The notes under the pieces are model-generated. The model searched no databases, was not told where the DNA came from, and worked only from the letters and a program-made list of their open reading frames with translations. This document shows positions 1-14,037 of a stretch of 64,000 nt of DNA, in pieces; position 1 is the stretch's first letter, and every line of letters begins with the position of its first letter. The translations under genes and the position numbers were made by a program. This DNA is from Octopus vulgaris (lineage: Eukaryota): positions 2,232,001-2,296,000 of the forward strand of contig OX597826.1 in assembly GCA_951406725.2 (NCBI GenBank). The letters are read 5' to 3'.

Positions 1-2065
1 ACAAGTATAAATATAAAGATACAACACCTTACACAATACACACAAATACACACACATATATACACACACCCTCAAACATAACCATATACTCACTCACACA
101 TACAAATACATACGTACAAAACTCGATACAAGCAAATACGCACACGCACACACATTCACACATACATAAACATACAAAAGAAAAACAACATTTCTACACA
201 TAATATGAATGGAATATACAAAACTTTCTACAAATTCTTTAAAAAAACCATAAAAAACTAAAACTCATATATATATTAATATATATATAAAAATGAGTGT
301 GTACATGCAGACGGGGGCAATCACACGGACATTCAAAACTTGCATGTATACAATTGCATAAATAATCACACTCAATTACATAGCACTCATACTCTACCGC
401 ATCTATACTTACACTTGTACACACGCACACATACATACACACCCATACGCACACATACAAAATACTTATTAAACTAATCATGATAATGAAGTCTATACAT
501 ACAAATATAAAGATAAAGATAAAACCCCTTTCATACACAATACACACAAATACACACACATATATACACACACCCACAAACATAACCATATACACACTCA
601 CACATACATATACATACGTACAAACTCGATATATACACTAATATTCATTCCCACACTCAATAAAATATTAAGTAAATACAAAACAAAGAAATACCAATTA
701 AATACTAACTATAATTAAAGTCTAATCTATATAACTAAAAATATATATATGGTACTCTAAACTAAAAACAAATTAATCTAAAGTAACCTTTAATAGGGGG
801 CTATTAATTTTATTAATTTATATATCATTTATGAATTAAATCCATACATACAAGTATAAATATAACTATACAACCCCTAACACAATACACACAAATACAC
901 ACACATATATACACACACCCACAACCATAACCATATACACACTCACACATACATATACATACGTACAAATCTCGATACAATCAAACTTTAATAAAACGAC
1001 CATGATAAACGAAAACTCATATATATATTAATATATATATAAAGGAGTGTGTACACGCAGACGGGTGCAATCACACGCACATTCAAAACTTACATGTATA
1101 CAAGTGCATAAATAATCACACCCAATTACATAGCACTCATACACTCCCACATCTACACTTACACTTGTACACACGCACACATACATACACACCTATACCT
1201 ACATACAAAAATTCTTATTAAAATAATCATGATAAATAAAAACCATACATACAAGTATAAATATAAAGATACAACACCTTACACAATACACACAAATACA
1301 CACACATATATACACACACCCTCAAACATAACCATATACTCACTCACACATACAAATACATACGTACAAAACTCGATACAAGCAAATACGCACACGCACA
1401 CACATTCACACATACATAAACATACAAAAGAAAAACAACATTTCTACACATAATATGAATGGAATATACAAAACTTTCTACAAATTCTTTAAAAAAACCA
1501 TAAAAAACGAAAACTCATATAGATATTAATATATATATAAAAATGAGTGTGTACATGCAGACGGGTGCAATCACACGGACATTCAAAACTTGCATGTATA
1601 CAATTGCATAAATAATCACACTCAATTACATAGCACTCATACTCTACCGCATCTATACTTACACTTGTACACACGCACACCTACATACACACCCATACCT
1701 ACATACAAAATACTTATTAAACTAATCATGATAATGAAGTCCATACATACAAATAAAAAGATAAAGATAAAACCCCTTTCATACACAATACACACAAATA
1801 CACACACATATATACACACACCCACAAACATAACCATATACACACTCACACATACATATACCTACGTACAAACTCGATATATACACTAATATTCATTCCC
1901 ACATCCAATAAAATATTAATTAAATACAAAACAAAGAAATACCAATTAAATACTAACTATAATTAAAGCCTAAACTATAAAACTAGAAATATATACATGG
2001 TACTCTAAACTAAAAACAAATTAACCTAAAATAACCTATAATAGGGGGCTATTAATTTTATTTAT
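1..2065. repeat. Higher-order tandem repeat, period ~1250 bp, built from shorter AC-rich modules; runs off the window start
   Basis: acaagtataaatataaagatacaacacctt occurs at 1 and 1251, and similarity continues to ~2065. A ~130-bp module recurs at ~1, 500, 850, 1251 and 1750; a ~250-bp module recurs at ~250, 1010 and 1500. The + strand is very G-poor. Confidence 0.9.
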
Positions 2066-2252
2066 TATTTATCATGGAACCTATTATATAGGTAAAGTAA
2101 TCTATGTCTACATTTTATTTTGCGCTCTTCACCTATATTAAGTAAGCAGACATGAAACATTTGTAGTGGCGGTTTATTTAATTTATATTAAAATTTTATG
2201 TATTGATTAAGTCTTTCCTTGTTTGGTTTTAAAATAGTGGTTTTGTCTCGAA

Positions 2253-2301
<49 letters not shown>

Positions 2302-2523
2302 TATATACGCACGCACACACATGCATACATATCTACATACATACATATACACAAATATACATGCACACAAGCATATTTTTAAAGCCTGGTACTTATTCTA
2401 TCGGTGTCCTATGACGAGCTGCTATGTTATGGCGACATAGACACATCAACACCGGTTGTCAAGCGTTGGGTAGGGGTGAGGGACAAATACAAAGATACCC
2501 ACACCCACACACACTCATTCATA

Positions 2524-2596
<73 letters not shown>

Positions 2597-2625
2597 GTGT
2601 GTGTGTGTATATGCCATTCGGTGTC

Positions 2626-3011
2626 CTTGTTTCAATCATTCGACTGCTGCAACAGAGGGGCACCACATTGATAAATTTTAGTGGAGTGAATCGAACCCAG
2701 TACTTCTTTTTTTTAAAAGTGTGTTACTTATTTTATCGGGTTCTTTTGCCGAACCGCTAGTTTTGGGCTCCATAAACATACTAACACCGGTTGGCTAGTG
2801 GTGGTTGGGCGACAAACACAGACACAAAAACAATCGCAAGGATATGTATAAGTCGGGATTCTTTTCAGTTTCCGTCTACCAAATCCACTCACAATGCCTT
2901 GGTAGGCCCAAGGCTACAGTAGAAGACATTTGATCGAAGTGCAACGCAATGGTACTGAACCCGGAACCATGTGGTTGCCAAGCAAGCTTCTTACCACACA
3001 GCCACACCCAC
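2626..3011 (-). mobile_element. tRNA-derived SINE, family A (CORE-like, resembles octopus OR2), decayed
   Basis: Reverse complement of head gtggctgtgtggtaag...ggttccgggttcagt and body ggatttggtagacggaaactgaaa. A further fragment lies at 2381-2500. Confidence 0.85.
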
Positions 3012-3499
3012 GTTGTGATTTGATATGGATGCAGCAGGTATTTTTCCAGCGAGAGGCATCGTTATTGTAGATGTTCTGTTGTTAGCATATAGAACTATTC
3101 ATAAATCGCAAGGTGTGTGTGTGTATTTTATGCTCCTATTATCAACGAAGTGATAATGCATACAACGATTATAAATTGCAAATAATGTGCTCGCCATGCT
3201 TCCTATTTAGTAACCTGCAGCCATAAGGATGACAAGATTTTTCAGCTCCTTAATGCTGGTCCATTCCATAATACGAAATACTTTAAGCTGGGGCTTTCAA
3301 TCAAGGTATTTCTTTTAAATAATCGCATACTGATGGATACAAGTAGCAATTAAATGTTGTCATCCCGGAAAACACGAATATTTTGCTTAAGGGAAAGGTG
3401 AATTTTGCTGTTTAATACAGTCCTTGAGTTTCATTTCTTTTTCGTTCTGTTTTCTTTAGCAATAAAGAAAAAAAAATGTAATTTTATTTGATTATATCA

Positions 3500-6400
3500 T
3501 GGTTTCTAATTTAGGTTCGAGGCCAATAGTTTTGAGAAGAGGCGGATAGTCGAAAGTATCAACTACTGAAGCGACTTCAAAGGACGGCAACAAAGTTGAC
3601 CACGACGCCATTTGAATTGAGAATGTAAAATGGTGGAACAAATACCGCAATTCGTTTTCCCTGAAGATGTAATCAGGCTAGCTGCTCGCCCCCTTTGAAC
3701 ACAAGGCAAAAAGAAGTATGCCACATTGATTTGCGTGTTTTAGTTTTGGCACAAAGTCTGCCAGTTCGCGTGAAGGAGCAACTCGATAATAACGACCCCA
3801 ATGCGTAACTGATATTTATTTTATTGACCTTGAAAGGATGAAAGGCACAGTCAACTTTGGTGGAATTTGAACTCAGAACGTAAAGATGGATGAAATGTTA
3901 CGAAGTATTTTGTCTGGGGCGGTAACGATTACGCCAGCTCACGGATTTATGCTACAGCAAGCTCGGGGAAGGGTGTAAGTCGATTACATCGACCCAAGCG
4001 TCAACTGTTACGTATTTCATTGTCCCCAAATTGATGATAGGTAAAACTGACCCCAGTAGAATTTGAACTCAGAATGTAAAGACGGACGAAATGTCACGTA
4101 GCATTTTGTACAGCGCAGTAACGACTCTGCCAGCTCGTCGCCTTAAGCTCCATAGATTTTAAGTTGAAACGTTGTGCTTCGTGGATTTACTACCAAGTAT
4201 TCTTGTCGCTTTGTTTCATGTTGTGATGTTCCCGTTGAGCAGACGTACTTCTTACAGAGTACGTAAGTCACCATGTTTCTTTTCTGCTTCCAACTATTTA
4301 CAAAATGTGATTAGACAGGAAGTTTGCCATTTTTTGGCGGTTCAGTAAGAAGAAGCTTGGTAATTAGTTTCCACGAGTCGGGTGTCAGCTGTTGAGCTTA
4401 TCAACAACCTTCTGAAACCTAACAAAAACACAGACGGAATTCTTAAGTAAAGCTAATCTTTACCTCCGGTTTTAAAACAGATTTCCGATGTGGTATCAGG
4501 GATGTTACTCTGACATTTTGTGGCTCATATATAAGCATACAAGAGAGATAAACTGATATCAAACCAATAGTTAATATTCATAGGCGATATCTCCTTTAAA
4601 CCGATTTATGATATATTAACTGATACGCAACGTTCAGACATGCAGTGGTTAAGCACCAAACCAGCCGAAATTTTATAGACCCGTAACCATCGGCCTTGTG
4701 TAATCCATTCATATTTTCCCATCTTAAGGAGCAGAATATCGAAAATTACATTTCTATTTTTAAGATAATTTCAGAAAAAGATTTGGTTACGATTTGTAAC
4801 AGGTCGAATGACACCAATCAGTGTGTCAAATTGGGGAACATATCTATTCTGATTGGAATATTGGTTTCAAAGATCGGGGAAGGGGTTAATCCGATTATAT
4901 CGATCCCAGTGCTCAAATCGTACTTATTTCATCGACTCCGAATGAATGAAATACAAAGTCGACCTTGCCGGAATCTGATCTCAGAACAAAGACAGAGGAA
5001 ATACTGCTACCTATTTTGCCCGGCCTGCTAACGATTCTGCCAGCACGCCGCCCTATTCTGAGCTGGGAGAGCGGTTACCACGCCTGGAAAAAAGTTCAGC
5101 AGAATTTCTTCCGCCTCTACGTTCTGAGTTCAGATCCATCTAAAGCTGACTTTACCTTTCAAGCTTTAGGGGTTGATAAAATAAGTACCAATTGAACACT
5201 GGGGTCGATATAATCGATTCACCCTCTTCCCCAATATGGCTGGCCTTGTGCCAAAAATTAAAATTAATATTGAAGAGCCCCCTACGGCGGTGCACTGGCA
5301 GAATTGTTATTACGCATGGCAAAATACTTAGCGGCATTTCGACCATCTTCTATATCTGGGTCCAAATTCTGCCGAGGTGGACTTTACCTTGTGCCAAAAA
5401 CGGAAACCAGTTTTAAAGAACCCTCCGTAAAATATGGTAACTCACAAACACTCTGATAAACACTGCACAATTGATAAACAGCTTTTTAGAAATAAATTTC
5501 ATGTCAATTTATTAGATGTCCTGAGGAAAATATACAAGAAAAAAAATCGAACTCAGAAAATCTCACTGCTTGAAACAATAGGAAATTAAGTCGAAGATTG
5601 ATTTCTCACTGTTAAAGCAATCATCGATGCCAACCGATAATGTACAAACGAATCAGCGATGCAGCGTAAGTGTATGTTTAAAAAACCAACGTATTTTATG
5701 ACTTCTTAATTAGACAAGTCTTCTCTTTGAAGATTTGTCTAATTAAAATTGCTACTGCGCGAGAATAGACGGAAGCTGGCAACAAATGATGGCGAAAAGC
5801 TATAAAAATAGAAATAAAATTTTCAAAATCAAATTGGACTCAGCAACAGGAAAAAAACAAACAAACAAAAAACAAAATTTAGAACGGGATCCATTATACT
5901 GGATCACTAAAAGTAGTCTTACATTAGCGGCCATTTTTGTACCAGCGGCTTTGAGCAACTGTCCCACAAAAGAGAGAAGCATTTTCTGTCACCCAATCAT
6001 AATACATAATTACAAATGATCCCCAGAAGAATAAGAAAAAATAAGTAAACTATACGACGATATAGAATATAATTCTGTGGCCTTAAATATTCATTTATCT
6101 TCGTCATCCCAGTCACGATGTGGAAAATAGAAAATTCGAAATCTTTTGGACTTGATTTCTGAATAGTGGAAGTACAACTAACATTTTATAGTTGTTGAAA
6201 TTATTATGTTGATAGGCCGCAGATGTTGGTCAAATTCCACTTTCACAATAGGATTCTAATACTTAGTTCTTTAAGAAAATAAACAGTAAACGAAGCGTGA
6301 GAAATGTGGGATGTTAAACATTGAAATACAAGTCATTACTCTACAACAATTAAGCATATTTTTATCTAATTATTACGCCGTATGAACACGACAAGAAGAG

Positions 6401-7140
6401 ATATGCCATGTAGATATCAGTGTTTGGCAGAAGGTTTCCAGGTTTTAGTGTTTGGCAGAAGGCCAGCAATGTCCTGTGAGTGGGTAAGTCGATTACATAG
6501 ACCCCAGTGCGCAACTGGTACTTTTATTAAATCCGAAAGGATGAAAGACAATGTCCATCTCGGTGGAATTTGAACTCAGAACATAAAGACGGACGTGATG
6601 CTGCAAACCTTTCTTCTCCGATTCCAATGTTTTCAGACCCGATTTTAGAAACAAATGACACGGATGATGTCTTCTAATGACAACATCTTCTCAATGATTT
6701 AATATTAGTTTCAAATTTTGGCAGAATGTCAGCATGTCAGGGGTGAGGAGAAATTCGATTACTTCGACCCAACTCTTCAACGGTATTTATTTTATCGACC
6801 ACGAAAACGATTAAAGGCAAATTCAACCTCGGCATAATTTGAGCGCAGAAGGTCAAAAGCTGGAAGAAATGTCACTGAAGGATTTGTACGGCGTGCTTAA
6901 AGATTCTGCATGGTTGCAGCCCTTGAATGACTTAAAACTGGTTTCAAATTTTGGCAGAAGACCATCAATTTCGAAAGAGAGTTTAAATCGATTGCATGAA
7001 CCTCTGTGTTTAACTGGTAGTCTTTTTATTGATCCCTGAAAAATGAAAGGCAATCTTATCCTCGACGGAATTTGAACTCAGACGAAATACGGCTACGCAT
7101 TTTGTCTGGCGCAGTAACGATTCCGCCAGCTCGCTGCATT
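3500..7140. mobile_element. Cluster of decayed family B SINE copies (Nin/Deu-domain-like), mostly minus strand
   Basis: Repeated gaaaggatgaaaggcaaagtcgacctcggcggaatttgaactcagaacgt-like segments at ~3560, 3830, 4030, 4940, 6535, 6800 and 7035; plus-strand copy at ~5060-5410. Confidence 0.8.
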
Positions 7141-10097
7141 TCGATCATTTAATATTAAAACATATTTCTACAAATCAAGCCGCATTTTATAATAAAAAGC
7201 TTCAATGAGAATCCAGAGACGTAGTGTCCAGAAATGTGCCATGAACGGATCCAAGAATCCAATATTCCGTGACATAGAAATCATGAAAATAATTCGATGT
7301 AATTAAGGAAAATAGATATATTGACCTTTATATTCACAACCTTGGGATGCAGTTTTGATTGTCTGTTAATGAGAAACGTATAACTCTGGCACAATCATAT
7401 ACCCCATCACATACAACGAATATGTTACCTGATAAAAAAATTGATTATTTAAGACCTAGGTCGGTTCTCAAAGAACATTGCAATATTGACTTTCACGTCT
7501 TTCCCCGGCATCATGTGCTCTGGAAATTATTATTCAAGGAATCGTTTGTTTAATATTACTACCAGAATGTGATTACAAGAAAATCTGGAAGAAATTCGTC
7601 TGCTATTCGTAACAAATCACGAGATCATGTATAGGTTCTCTCTTTGTTTCTAAATTGTACCAAGACTGTTGGTATCTTAGTTTAGGTTTAACTTCAAAAT
7701 CTTCAAGTATTGATTTTCACTTTCATCGTTTCCAAGTCGGCGATATAAATATCTGATCCGACATATAGCTTGACATGTGTGGTGCACTTTGTGTGATAAT
7801 GACTTCTGTCATGAGAAAGCAGTCAGAACTAAGTAAAATGATTGGACATAATGCATTAGTGATTCTCATGCAACACGTCGAAAATATCTGAAAATCCTAA
7901 TCTTTTAATTACTTAGTGTAGATTACAGGAATAAGTCTTTATTATCTCATCTACATTAGTGACTCAAGAAATACTTTCATACTGGAAACCGAAATCGCAA
8001 CGCGAAACAGATTCAACTCTACCAGTGATAATTTGATTTGGCGCCAGACCACATTTTTGAAGAGCTCTATAGTTGGATTGATTCCTCGTATAACATTGAT
8101 ATTTATTTTATCGACTAAAGATGAATGGAAATCATTGTTAACCTCTGAATGATTTCCAGTCACTATGTTGTCCAGTTGTTTACCGTTTCTGCTTCTCACT
8201 ACTTTCATTGCTATACCAATAACGATTACTTTTAATAGGCGCAATGAAACAGTGTTTACACTTTTGGTGTTAGATTTACTGGTTCAACCTCAATATCATA
8301 TTGATATTTATTTCTTTAAAAAATGGAAATGGAAGACAAAGAGTATTTCGTTGGAATTTGATATTACAAAGTTAGATATACAGCTTCCAACAAATAAAAA
8401 AAAAAGTATCTTTTCTGGGGCGCTTCCTACTCCCGGTCATTGAATTACAACAAGAATGTAGAGCTAGATATTAATATGAAAAGGATAGTGCAATACTGGA
8501 ACGTGTACAGTAGATATGCCTTTGAAAATTATACCGCCTCTATACAGTATTTTCATTCTGAACAAAATAAAGAACAGAACACACATTTTCAAAAGTTGAA
8601 CACTTTAAGCAGTTAATCTTTTGCTATTGAAACAGAAATAGGTCTAAATTAAGAAACAATATAAATACACAGATTTCGCAAGAAAATGTCACTACTGTAC
8701 AGTATTTTCATTCCGAACTAAATAAAGGCAAAACGTATGTTCACTATAAGGAGAATACTTTACAAAGCCCACTTTCGACTGTAATTCGTTACAAATCGAA
8801 ACAGAAATAGTCATCTAATAAAAAAATATATATAATACATTCTACTACTAAAAGTATTCAGTACATTAATTTGTAACTTTAAACCTTTGATCTTAAAAAC
8901 AAACATTCAAGAATATATTGTAAAAAGCATGTGGTTGTTGTTTAAGCTCAAGCCACCGCTTCAGAAGCAAACGTATGATCTTATAACTAGTGCTACGGTG
9001 ACAAAGGTATCTTTCATTTTTAAAACGGATGGGTTTGCTTTCAGATGGTTTTAGCTTTTATTTGTAGTAGCTCGAGCAAACTTATGAAACTCACTCTTTG
9101 GTTCGACAGTTAGACGATTTTGTTTTGAGGAAATTTCCAATAGACTTGCCGATGTAGTCTACAGAAATGAAGGAAAATTTTGTGTAATGTTCATACAAAC
9201 AGAAATTCTCATCTGTGAATTAAACCAAATTTAATTTTAGCACTATAAATTGGATCGATCCAGCTCTAGTGATGTATGGTTCTTTAGAATATCGTATGTG
9301 CTAACATTGTGTATGTTACCATAACTGATGCAAAGAGAACCAGTAGATGGTTCAAATGGTAGGAATTCAATTTATATTAGATAGTTTTATCGACGAATAC
9401 GCAACGTGTAACAAAATATAAATCTAGTATATTAACTTATAGTGAGTTATAACAATTCCGAGACATCTAAATACCTCACTAAATAATATTAAAACATTGA
9501 CTTTCATCAAAGTTACGGATTATCCGTATCGATACAGCGTCGGGTCAAAATGTTTTGTATTTATGTTCTTACAAAGCATGATTTCAGATAATACAAGGAA
9601 TGTTATATCCATATATAACAGATACAACGCCTTCTTCGAAACACTGTTCATTTAATTCTCTAGATTTTGTGTCATTCAATGAATATCATAAATCAATATT
9701 TAGTTTTAGACACTTTATGATATAAAATTAAAAATTGCTTTATTTAGGAATGTATTATGAATCCCTGCAGCAGATAATATAGTAGGTAGCCGTAATACAC
9801 TTGCTGACAACGTTCTTTTATATATAAAAAAGAAAATACTAAAGAAAGTGTTAAGGAATGGTGCTGTTTGAACTACTTGCCCTCAATAATCACGTTTTGA
9901 GTCATGGCTTTCTGAGACCTATCACAATTTACCCGAAGGCATAATCAAGACATTAATATATTTTGTAGATGAAAACAAAAATAATTAGGATTTGTAGAAA
10001 AAAAAAATAGAAGAAAATACAATAAAAATAATGATTAAAAATATATTTGCATTATTTTCAAATAGGTTTTACAGTACAGTATAAAATGGTGAAAACC

Positions 10098-10144
<47 letters not shown>

Positions 10145-10248
10145 GAATAATAAAAATAAGAATAATAATAAGAATAATAACAATAACAATAATAATAATA
10201 ATAATAATAATGATAATAATAACAATAATAATAATGATAATAATAATG

Positions 10249-10283
<35 letters not shown>

Positions 10284-10395
10284 AATAATAATAACAATAA
10301 TAATAATGATAATAATAATAATAATAATGATAATAATAATAATGATAATAATAATAATAATAATAGTAATAATAATAATGATAATAACAATAATG

Positions 10396-10437
<42 letters not shown>

Positions 10438-10620
10438 TTCATAATAAAATTATAATACAACGAAAAATTTCATAAAAAAGATGAGAAAATATGAAATTTG
10501 AATTGGATTGAATTATATTACAATAATGATGATGATGATGATGATGATGATAACGATGCTAACGATGATTATAATGATCATAATAATAATGATGACGATG
10601 ATCATAATAACAACAACAAC

Positions 10621-10676
<56 letters not shown>

Positions 10677-10707
10677 TAATAATAATAACAATAATAATAA
10701 CAATAAC

Positions 10708-10773
<66 letters not shown>

Positions 10774-10830
10774 CAATAATAAATGTTTGATAATAATAAT
10801 GATATTGCTTAAAATAATAATCAAACAATG
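10098..10830. repeat. Long imperfect (AAT)n/(GAT)n microsatellite
   Basis: Directly visible; source of the poly-N/I/L/Y pseudo-ORFs. Confidence 0.97.
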
Positions 10831-10879
10831 ACGATCAGACGATAATAGATATGAAATGACGACACTAACGTTAACCTTG

Positions 10880-11570
10880 ACCAACAGAATGTCATAAAAG
10901 AATAGACCAGCAGACTCAAGTACCTAGATAATTGAAGGAACGAATAAGGCATTCAGAGATAAGGAGATCGGAGAATGCTCGAAGTGAGAATACCAAAGAG
11001 CTGAATGAAACAGACAAGCATCAATGCATTAGCTATAAGTTGACTCAGTTTCAATTGTAATGGTCAATAATAACAATACAGAGTTCCACGGCAGATAGAG
11101 CGCACAATATATCACTGAATTAAAACCGATGATGAAAACTTGCAACCACCCCAGTTGAAATACATCTCACCTCTGAACTACCATTCAAACTGACAGGAAG
11201 ATAGATGCAATGGACATCATATGAAAATAAACAAAGAACATGCCTCCTCATTGATAGACTGTAATCAATAACGTATCTAGACCTACCAAACTGACAAATA
11301 TAAAGATCTTGAAAAGAAATCACAAATGTGGAATGAGACAAAATACCTGTTGTCATAGGTGCCTGGGAATGATAAAATACACCTAACTAGATCGAACCCA
11401 AAATGGCAGTTCAAAATAATGGAACATATCCTAAAAATATTATAATTCAAGGTTAAACAAACATAATTTTTAAAAAAAAAAAAAACTTTTTTTTTTTTTA
11501 GAATTCATTAGTCAACATCACCCCCAAATATATGAACTAGGCATAACAACAACATGAATTCAACCTGTTT

Positions 11571-11576
<6 letters not shown>
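10880..11576 (+). mobile_element. Decayed R4/Dong-clade LINE 3' fragment flanked by (TAA)n
   Basis: Frameshifted remnants IQTDRKIDA, RTCLLID, KYKDLE and IPVVIGA of the restriction-like endonuclease domain at ~11180-11375. (AAT)n lies on both sides, which matches the known Dong target. Confidence 0.75.
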
Positions 11577-11622
<46 letters not shown>

Positions 11623-11623
11623 T

Positions 11624-11670
<47 letters not shown>

Positions 11671-12251
11671 TGTAATAATAATACAATCAGTGAAAAGTAG
11701 GAGAAAAGAAGGAATAATAATTTTCATTTTATGATTATATATGTGTACGCATGTATGTATGTATTTATTATATATACATATATATTAAATATATATTATA
11801 TATGTATATCATATATATATATACATATATATATATATAAAATATAAGACGTGTATATACACACAGAATATTATATATATGAGTATATATATATATATAT
11901 GTGTGTGTGCATATATCCACACATATACATACACGCATATACATGCATATGTGTGTATGTATATACATAAACATATGTGGACCTAATATACTAAGACATT
12001 CAATTTCAGATATAAATACGTTTATTGTTACACCCACATAAGTGCGCACCCACACGCGCACGCATACACACACACACGCATACACATACAAACACACACA
12101 CACACATACACACACAAACACACACACATCCATATATATTAATGTATTTGTGCACTCCTGATTCTTATGTTATGAAAAATAAAATATAAAGCGATGTTTT
12201 CTTTCACAATATTAATATGAAAAATTATTATTATCTATATCTCTATATATC

Positions 12252-12295
<44 letters not shown>

Positions 12296-12671
12296 TGTAT
12301 TTGAAAAATTTGTTATGTATTTGTATTAAAAAAACATCATATTTAATCGACAAAGAAGATACAAGAAACAATAGAATGTATAGTTGAGAATTTAGCGATG
12401 AATAATGTCTAGCCCATCCTTTATGTTGGAAAATATGGGAGATATTTCCTTCTTATTGGTTCCAGTTATAATTTCCGTTGCTTCGTTTATTTTCTATTTG
12501 ATTCTGTTATCATTCTTGTCCTGAACGACAATCGACAATATTACAAGTTCGGTTATATAATTTAAAAATACACTTTTGTATAGACACAAAACAAACATAC
12601 ATGCATATATAAATATGTGCAAACATATATAGGTATATGTATATATATATATATATATATACATATATACG

Positions 12672-12702
<31 letters not shown>

Positions 12703-12871
12703 TTATATATATACATTTATATATATATTTATATATATGTATGAATTTATGTATGTATATATATATGTGTGATAAATATCTTTACTTTCTTCTTACACTC
12801 CCGTTTTCTCATCTCTCTCTCTATGTCTTTATCTATCTATCTATCTATATATCTATCTATCTATCTATCTG

Positions 12872-12928
<57 letters not shown>

Positions 12929-13044
12929 TGGACGGAGTAAGAAAGAGAAAGAAAGACATACACACATGTATATATACTTCTTTATGCCTATATTATAGAT
13001 GCCTCTATGTATATACTCGCGAACTTATTAACATATGTATATAC

Positions 13045-13105
<61 letters not shown>

Positions 13106-13671
13106 TATATATATATTTATACATATTTATACATATATTTATATCTATATAGCTAGATTATCATGTGTATGTATATAAGCGCGTACACACAGCACACACC
13201 CACGCAGGTAGACACAAACACACACACAGAAACAAACAAATATACACGTATACATGAACTTATTGATGGAAGTGAGTTACATCATAACTGAAACATAATT
13301 AACCCAGTTAAACCAGACAGAACTTTCAAGAAACTAAAATCGCCTGTATTTGTTGACGTATACTTCAAATCAAATGATTTCAACGTTAATCTCATCTTTT
13401 AGTATTGCTCTCGTGTATATAATAGAGCAGGTTCATTTCAGATTTGGAGGTAAAATTTAGTCTACAAATATTTTCACCCTAATATGTCAGGTATTTGATT
13501 CTCACATCTGTCTTGAAATCTTTTATCTCATAACCACGTCTTCTAGATATAGAAAAAACTTTCTCACAGCACACACACACCTATATACAAACACACGCAC
13601 AAACACACCCACCCGAAAAAACACATACACGCCTACACAAACACACGTACAGACACACACATACACACACA

Positions 13672-13736
<65 letters not shown>

Positions 13737-13919
13737 GCACTGGGGTGATATAATTGACTTAATCCGTTTGTCTGTCCTTGTTTGTCCTCTCTGTGTTTAG
13801 CCCCTTGTGGGTAGTAAAGAAACACACACGCATATATATATATAGGTTTTTGCATCTGCCATATTTGCTAATATAGCATTTGTCCGGGGCCGTGCATCTG
13901 CGCCTATAGACAGGATTTT

Positions 13920-14037
13920 GCTTACAGCGCTTAGATTTCTCAATTAGTCATCCATCTCAGTGCTATGTAGGTCCGCCATTGCTTGACCTCACTGATCGGA
14001 CGTGAACAATTGTTTTCAACTCAAAGATCAGAACTCT
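13920..14037 (-). pseudogene. Decayed 5S rRNA copy (pseudogene or SINE3 head)
   Basis: The minus strand reads GTTGAAAACAattGTTCaCGTCCGATCAgtGAgGTcAAGCAAtGgCGGaCC...TAGcACTgaGATGGaTGAC...GCTGTAaGC, colinear with metazoan 5S from about nt 18 to the 3' end. The first ~17 nt match poorly and there is no oligo-T terminator. Confidence 0.78.

Noticed and set aside
4340-4540. Two minus-strand exons separated by a 45-nt GT-AG intron
   Set aside because: Very short intron, early stops in all frames, and no recognisable protein.
7951-8244. 97-aa non-repetitive minus-strand ORF
   Set aside because: No recognisable motif or splice support; the length is compatible with chance.
8532-8820. Diverged ~165-bp direct duplication (tacagtattttcatt...gaaacagaaatag)
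   Set aside because: It looks like an old local duplication with no sign of function.
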